From the NCBI GenBank assembly GCA_045046875.1, contig JASFYY010000049.1, positions 15,039 to 79,038 of the forward strand: a stretch of 64,000 nucleotides of DNA. The letters run 5' to 3'. Each line of letters opens with the position of its first letter. Position 1 is the first letter of the stretch. A program made the position numbers and the translations under genes. The notes beneath the pieces were generated by a model that worked only from the letters and a program-made list of their open reading frames with translations, was not told where the DNA came from and did no database searches. Origin of the DNA: Verrucomicrobiota bacterium. GTDB lineage: Bacteria > Verrucomicrobiota > Verrucomicrobiia > Verrucomicrobiales > DEV007. Positions 58,779 through 64,000 of this stretch are shown here, piece after piece.

Positions 58779-58799
58779 GATTTTGATTCACTTGTAGGC

Positions 58800-58827
58800 T
58801 TGAAACTTGGATGGATTGAGCTAAGGT
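58800..58827 (+). promoter_or_regulatory. Putative sigma70 promoter of the intact tRNA-Ser
   Basis: TTGAAA-16-TAAGGT. Confidence 0.55.
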
Positions 58828-58862
58828 TCGCCACCCGAGTGCTGAGACACTTATAGGTAACA

Positions 58863-58952
58863 GGAAGGATGGCTGAGTCTGGTCGAAGGCGCTCGATTCG
58901 AAATCGAGTGTAGTGCAAGCTACCGTGGGTTCGAATCCCACTCCTTCCGCCA
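58863..58952 (+). tRNA. tRNA-Ser(CGA), 90 nt, CCA encoded
   Basis: Acceptor GGAAGGA/TCCTTCC, anticodon arm CTCGA-TTCGAAA-TCGAG, long variable arm, T arm GTGGG-TTCGAAT-CCCAC, G discriminator + CCA. Confidence 0.97.
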
Positions 58953-59043
58953 AATTTTCTGTAAGGGGTTAAGGGTCATGTAACTCGTTTATTATCAAAG
59001 GCTGCAAATTGCGCCATGTACGTTTTTGATGTAAGTTATACGA

Positions 59044-60933
59044 GTGAAAGAGATGCGAAAACACCCAGGTTTGCGAAGGCGAGAGAATGTATTTTTTATT
59101 GGTCGCGCCATCCCAATAGACCTCAGAGGAAAGGGCCCCTATGTCACCAAGACGGGGAAGCCTAAAAGTGAAGTTGTGCGAACGCTCGGCACATCCGATT
59201 ACAAACAGGCAGCAAGGAGGGTCTATGAGGAGTGGGCACGATTTGATCAGGAATTCGAGCGTGAGCGGTTCAAGCTGAGTCGCCCTGATCTTAGAGGTTC
59301 AGAGCTCACGGGGCGACTGGAGGCTCTGGATCGAGTGGGGTTCAAGTCGATGGCGGCCAAGGAGCTTGATGCAGAGGATCATGCAATGAGGTATTTCGTA
59401 CAGCTTGAAAAACAGGCAGAGGAGGAGATTCCTGATTTGGTTGCCTCTCTTTCTGAGGATGAGCTGGCGGAGCTTGTTCTCGATTGGCGGAAGGATGCGG
59501 ATGCTTTGCGTGGCGAAGGAAGGCCACAGTATCATGATGATGGTTCAAGCTACGCATTAGACTATTTTGAGACTCAAGGAATTTTGCTGGAACCCGATTG
59601 TGAAGGTTTGCAAAAAATTGCAAACCTGTTTCGACGGGTGCGCTTGGAGAATGTTGTGCGGAATATTGAGAGGATCAGTGGCAATCCGCCTAAAGGAGAT
59701 GATCCGCTTTTTTGTGATCTGAACGGTTTTTCACCAGTGCCCTCTTTGCGAAGTGATAGCGCGAACGCAAAAGGGGAGACAGTGGGAGGAGTAGTGGACG
59801 GATTTCTGGATGACTTGAGGAAGGCGAACCGATCAGAGGGGACTCTTCGGACTTACCAGATTCCGGTTCGGATATTGAAACAGTATTTTGGAGTAAAAAA
59901 ACCTATCGCTGAAATCACTCGTGCGGACATATCTGAGTTGTTAGATGTTCTTCTGAGGTATCCAAAAAATGCCATGCAGAGATATCCAGGCAAGTCGATA
60001 CAAGAGGCAATCCGGATAGCGGAGGCGACCAAGGGCTATGAGAGGATAGGGGGCGTTACCTTGAGGAACTATTTTAACAACATTGCGACCATTTTTAAAC
60101 GCGCTGAAAAGATGGGATGGATTACTACCAACCCAACCAATGATCCATTTTTCCGAACACGATTCAAGGTGGTGAAAAAATCCAAAGCGCAGTTTTCAAT
60201 CGAGAAATTGAACCGCATATTCCAAGCGCCACTCTATACGGGCTGCCAGAATGACAAAATGGGTTGCAATCGACCTGGTCCCAATAAGCCAAGACGAGGC
60301 CGGTTTTGGGTTCCTTTGTTAGGTTTATTTCAAGGCATGCGGCTGAACGAGTGTTGTCAGCTTTGGGCTTCTGATATTTGCGAAGCGGACGGGGTGGCTG
60401 TGATTCGGGTTTGGCTTGGTGAGACGGAAGAGGAGATGGGGCAGAAGCGATTGAAAAAAGAAACAACTGCTCGATTCATTCCGATCCATCCTGAACTTTT
60501 AAAGATGGGTTTTTTGGATTTCGTCGAACAGCATCGTGAGCAATCCGGGGAGCCACGTTTATTCCCTGATCTGAAAGCCAGTAAAGCTGGATACTATAGC
60601 GATGCATTTAGTAAATGGTTCTCTCGCTTTGTGGTGGCAGTGGCAGGTAAAGATTGTCAGGCTACGTTCCACAGCTTTCGGCATATGTTCAGGGATGCCC
60701 TGAGAGAGGCTGACGTGAGTTTGGAGAGGGTTGATGCTTTGGGCGGTTGGCAATCCACTCAGGGGATGCAGGCGCATTACGGACAGGGTTTCAAGATGCC
60801 CACGCTCTATGAGGAAATTAGGAAGGTGGAATATAAGGGGCTGGATCTTTCCCCTCTCTACCGCGAACAAACAGATGAAGAGATGATGGGGGGAAGCTTT
60901 GCAAAAATTTGCAAGAGGCGAAGATCTGGTTGA
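59044..60933 (+). CDS. Tyrosine recombinase / site-specific integrase with long N-terminal (DUF6538-like) region
   Basis: R.IP.DL...EVVRTLGTSD...A N-terminus; GMRLNE, RFIPIHPEL, FHSFRH, LGGW, HYG catalytic residues. Confidence 0.9.
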   Translation: MKEMRKHPGLRRRENVFFIGRAIPIDLRGKGPYVTKTGKPKSEVVRTLGTSDYKQAARRVYEEWARFDQEFERERFKLSRPDLRGSELTGRLEALDRVGFKSMAAKELDAEDHAMRYFVQLEKQAEEEIPDLVASLSEDELAELVLDWRKDADALRGEGRPQYHDDGSSYALDYFETQGILLEPDCEGLQKIANLFRRVRLENVVRNIERISGNPPKGDDPLFCDLNGFSPVPSLRSDSANAKGETVGGVVDGFLDDLRKANRSEGTLRTYQIPVRILKQYFGVKKPIAEITRADISELLDVLLRYPKNAMQRYPGKSIQEAIRIAEATKGYERIGGVTLRNYFNNIATIFKRAEKMGWITTNPTNDPFFRTRFKVVKKSKAQFSIEKLNRIFQAPLYTGCQNDKMGCNRPGPNKPRRGRFWVPLLGLFQGMRLNECCQLWASDICEADGVAVIRVWLGETEEEMGQKRLKKETTARFIPIHPELLKMGFLDFVEQHREQSGEPRLFPDLKASKAGYYSDAFSKWFSRFVVAVAGKDCQATFHSFRHMFRDALREADVSLERVDALGGWQSTQGMQAHYGQGFKMPTLYEEIRKVEYKGLDLSPLYREQTDEEMMGGSFAKICKRRRSG

Positions 60934-60956
60934 AAAATTCGGGTTCTCTTTGGTCA

Positions 60957-61196
60957 TTAACTTTCTTTATCTTCGACCTGTTTGCATATTTCGCTCAGCG
61001 GCACATCCAACGCGCTGGCAATGGCTTGAAAAACGAACAGTGTGCCGTTGATACTTTTTGATTCAACACGGCTTACCGTTGAGCGATGAATTCCCGCTTT
61101 CTCTGCTACAGTCTCGTGTGACAGCCCAAGCTCTTTGCGCCGAGCCTTGAGAGCGTCGGTGATTTTTCCCACAAATTCTTTCGGGTCGGCAGACAT
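60957..61196 (-). CDS. XRE-family HTH transcriptional regulator
   Basis: LKARRKELGLSHETVAEKAGIHRSTVSRVE..IASALDV. Confidence 0.88.
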   Translation of the reverse strand: MSADPKEFVGKITDALKARRKELGLSHETVAEKAGIHRSTVSRVESKSINGTLFVFQAIASALDVPLSEICKQVEDKES

Positions 61197-61374
61197 TATT
61201 GAAAAATAGTGTTGCCATGGGACGATGAATACGTGCATATATGCACTTGTGAGATATGGGTAAAAATTTAAGGCGTTCTTGTGGCAATCGAATAGTGAGC
61301 TTAGAGGGTGTTTATACTAACTTATTAGATAGGTTTTTAAGAGAATAAATTAAAAGGTCAAAAAAGGAATAGCT

Positions 61375-62181
61375 ATGAAAAAAATATTTGGATGCATTGG
61401 AATAATGGTTATTGGCTCAATTATCCTTGTTGCTCTCGGTGCGATATTTACAGGAATGAAAGTAAATGATGGTGTTGACGGTGAGCAGGGGGCAAGTTCG
61501 AGTGTGGCGGCAACAGTCAAGCCTGTTACGCCAGGAGGAAAGCCTAATGGAACCCCCCAAGTTGATGGGGCGGAAAATCAGAGGGCGAAGGGAGCGAGTA
61601 AGGAGATTCTGAGGATTGCGGGGAATCGTAATCTGTGGCCCAAGCAAGTTACTTTGAAGGAATCAGTGGAGATGCCAATTATTTCCGAAGGTAAGCAGAT
61701 TGGATCTATGAAAATTGCTGTCGGCCAACGGTTAGATCTCATTAATGTCACGAGTGAGAAAGTTGAAGTCGGTAGGGATGAGGGACGTGTCTTGGTTGAT
61801 GTAAACGTAACGGACTTGGTAGCACAGTCGCACGCTGCTCAAGATAAGAAAAAAGCAGACGCTATTGCGAAGAAAAAAAATCATGAAGCTATGTCGGCGG
61901 CGAAGCAGAAGGGAATAGATAAGTCTTTCATGCAGAGTTCCCTAGATGCTAATTGGGTGACATACATTGAGCAGAATGACGATCCTGATTTGGCCTATCA
62001 TTTTTATGTGCGACTTCCCTCGGTAAAATATACGACAAAGGAAAACGTCAAAAATATTGCTGAGCATATTGCTCGGTCTTATGTGATGCAAAGCAAGAAT
62101 AAGGGAGGCACTGCCACCAAGGCTACTATTCATGTGTTCCAAGGCGATAAGGTGCTAGTGCGAGGAACCTATCGTGAGTAA
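61375..62181 (+). CDS. Hypothetical protein with N-terminal membrane anchor
   Basis: 268-aa ORF with SD-like AAGGA upstream and an N-terminal hydrophobic helix. Confidence 0.7.
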   Translation: MKKIFGCIGIMVIGSIILVALGAIFTGMKVNDGVDGEQGASSSVAATVKPVTPGGKPNGTPQVDGAENQRAKGASKEILRIAGNRNLWPKQVTLKESVEMPIISEGKQIGSMKIAVGQRLDLINVTSEKVEVGRDEGRVLVDVNVTDLVAQSHAAQDKKKADAIAKKKNHEAMSAAKQKGIDKSFMQSSLDANWVTYIEQNDDPDLAYHFYVRLPSVKYTTKENVKNIAEHIARSYVMQSKNKGGTATKATIHVFQGDKVLVRGTYRE

Positions 62182-62694
62182 GGTGTCAAGATTTTGCCGC
62201 CTATAGATTAGCTGATTGTGAAGGTCTTCCATTTTCCAACTTAGATGGAAATAGATCTCCGTGGGCCAAGGTGTTTCTGGCTCCCTTCCATGCATCTACC
62301 GATTTTTCAAATTGACCATTCCAAATCAAATGGAGAACGAACTCTAGGACAGCTTTATTTTTGCTGCATCGGTTTGAGTAATGCAGAAAGTGCATCAAAT
62401 GATTATGGATCTAATTTAAGTTGCCGACAGATGAGGCTTTTTTCGATTCGAATCAGTGCCTCGATTTCCCTTCAGCATTGGTAGAGTGGGGATTAGAGCC
62501 AATCGGCGATGTTTAGTAAATTGCCGAAAAAACGTGGGCAAGAATTTTATATTATCCGTTCACTTTGTGGCTAAGTAAGGAGCGAAGGGGGAAATAGTTC
62601 AATTGGAGAATTGCTTGAGAGGGGGGGGGATTTGGCTTTATCAGTGAAAAAGACGTTGAAATTGGTTGTTATAATTATTATTATATAAACCAAT

Positions 62695-63717
62695 ATGAAA
62701 GCTGAAACTTCTTTGCAAAAATTTGCAAATCCTGTCGCAGATGAGCGTGAATTGGCTCGCCTGTGCTCCAGTCCCACCTATCAGACGCTCACGCTCAATC
62801 CGGCCGCAGTTTATCTGGAATCATTAGGCAGTGATGTTTCACGGCGGGTCATCAAAAGTTCTTTGAATTCGGTAGCTCGTCATATCAATCCGGCTTCTGT
62901 TGTGAGGGATGCTTGGCAGATGGTAAGGTGGGATAAATTGACAGCTCCTTCAGTGAGGCTGCTTCTTGCAAAGACAAAGGGCAGCCCTGCTACCCGTAAC
63001 AAAATGTTATCGGCTTTGAAAGGGGTGACTCGGATGGCTTGGGAAATGCGATTGCTCGATACCGACGAACTGGAGCGCATCCGTGCCATTAAAGGGGACT
63101 CTGGAACGAGGGAACTGAGCGGACGGTGTATCCCCGAAGGGGAAATAAGTGCCTTGCTCAATGCTTGTGGCAGAGATCCTTCTGCTGCCGGAGCTAGAGA
63201 TGGCGCTATGATTTCATTGGCTGCCGTGACTGGGGCGAGAAGGGCCGAAATTGCTGGACTGGATGCGGGCCGGATGAAAATTGAGGAAGACGATACGATT
63301 ACGCTGAAGGTGATAGGGAAGCGGAATCGAGAACGCACCCTCTTTGTAAGGGGTAACGCTTATCGTGCTCTTAAAGATTGGTTGAAGGTTAGGGGGGGCG
63401 ACGAGGGAGCAATATTCTGTATGATTGGAAAGGGGGGGCGTATAGATACTTCTCATTTTGTCAGTCCCGTGGCTCTCGACAAGACCCTCGGAAAACGGAG
63501 CAGGGAAGCTGGGATTGAGAAGGTGAAGTGGCATGATTTTAGGCGCACCACTGCCAGTAGTTTTCTCGATGCCGGAGCGGATATTGCCACAGTCGCCAAA
63601 ATCATGGGGCACGCTAATGTTCAAACTACCGCTAGGTATGATCGGAGAGGGGAGAGGGCTCAGAAAAAAGCGGCGGGGCTTTTGTCGGTGCCTTATTTCA
63701 AAAGGTATGCAAATTAA
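62695..63717 (+). CDS. Second tyrosine recombinase (XerC/Cre-like resolvase)
   Basis: RDGA, TGARRAE, GKRNRER, HDFRRT, MGHANVQTTARYD. Confidence 0.92.
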   Translation: MKAETSLQKFANPVADERELARLCSSPTYQTLTLNPAAVYLESLGSDVSRRVIKSSLNSVARHINPASVVRDAWQMVRWDKLTAPSVRLLLAKTKGSPATRNKMLSALKGVTRMAWEMRLLDTDELERIRAIKGDSGTRELSGRCIPEGEISALLNACGRDPSAAGARDGAMISLAAVTGARRAEIAGLDAGRMKIEEDDTITLKVIGKRNRERTLFVRGNAYRALKDWLKVRGGDEGAIFCMIGKGGRIDTSHFVSPVALDKTLGKRSREAGIEKVKWHDFRRTTASSFLDAGADIATVAKIMGHANVQTTARYDRRGERAQKKAAGLLSVPYFKRYAN

Positions 63718-63858
63718 AGGAATAGAGGTAACCTGATTCCTATTAATTATGTTACCCTTTTTTCGGCATGTGGGAGCGAGATTGGGTAAAGTATGGTATA
63801 TTATTCACTGTGAGTAATGTGGATGAAAACTATCTGATGATAGGTGAATTTACTGCTA

Positions 63859-64000
63859 ATGAATAAATATCTTAATAAAAAAATGGAATATTTCGAGAGC
63901 CTAAAAATACTGCGTCAGCGGCTCGTCCCGATGAGCTGCCAGGCCCAGGCGGTCGCGTTCTTTATCTTTGGTCGCACGGCGTCGTGGAAAAAAGAATGGG
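63859..64000 (+). CDS. 3'-truncated ORF, possible phage/plasmid replication-initiator (lambda O-like) N-terminus
   Basis: Open to the window end: MNKYLNKKMEYFESLKILRQRLVPMSCQAQAVAFFIFGRTASWKKEW. Confidence 0.4.
   Translation, partial: MNKYLNKKMEYFESLKILRQRLVPMSCQAQAVAFFIFGRTASWKKEW

Larger units (their letters stand above)
58953..64000. mobile_element. Left part of an integrative element / genomic island at tRNA-Ser
   Basis: Integrase immediately 3' of the tRNA, XRE regulator, second recombinase, replication-like ORF; right end outside the window. Confidence 0.75.

Noticed and set aside
58711..58953. 80-aa minus-strand ORF (MAEGVGFEPT...)
   Set aside because: It is the antisense reading of the tRNA-Ser gene, a common spurious ORF.

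Overview
A 64-kb chromosomal segment, most likely from a Verrucomicrobiota (Verrucomicrobiales-like) bacterium. It combines PVC signature proteins (DUF1501, DUF1549/DUF1553, PVC-type CxxCH heme protein, ECF sigma + FecR, sulfatases) with an ftsQ-ftsA-ftsZ cluster. It opens with the end of the dcw cluster (murB-ddl-ftsQ-ftsA-ftsZ); FtsZ has an altered T7 loop and a very long acidic linker. Next come secreted hydrolase, sulfatase and sugar-catabolism genes, housekeeping genes (cls, SMUG1-type UDG, der, copA, lipoate ligase family) and a blaI/blaR-like pair. The window ends in an integrative element downstream of tRNA-Ser(CGA) with two tyrosine recombinases, an XRE regulator and a truncated replication-like gene. 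The most unusual signal is a 257-bp tandem duplication of promoter + tRNA-Ser. The upstream copy has a 72-nt identical body but carries a 91-nt hairpin-rich insert in the T-loop and lacks its 3' end. Two other short CGAAG-containing inserts sit inside intergenic REP-like and heptamer repeats. Other non-coding signals are a TTCAC-N6 (cre-tag-like) array and a candidate minus-strand sRNA after copA. All product calls come from motif recognition by eye; no database search was run.
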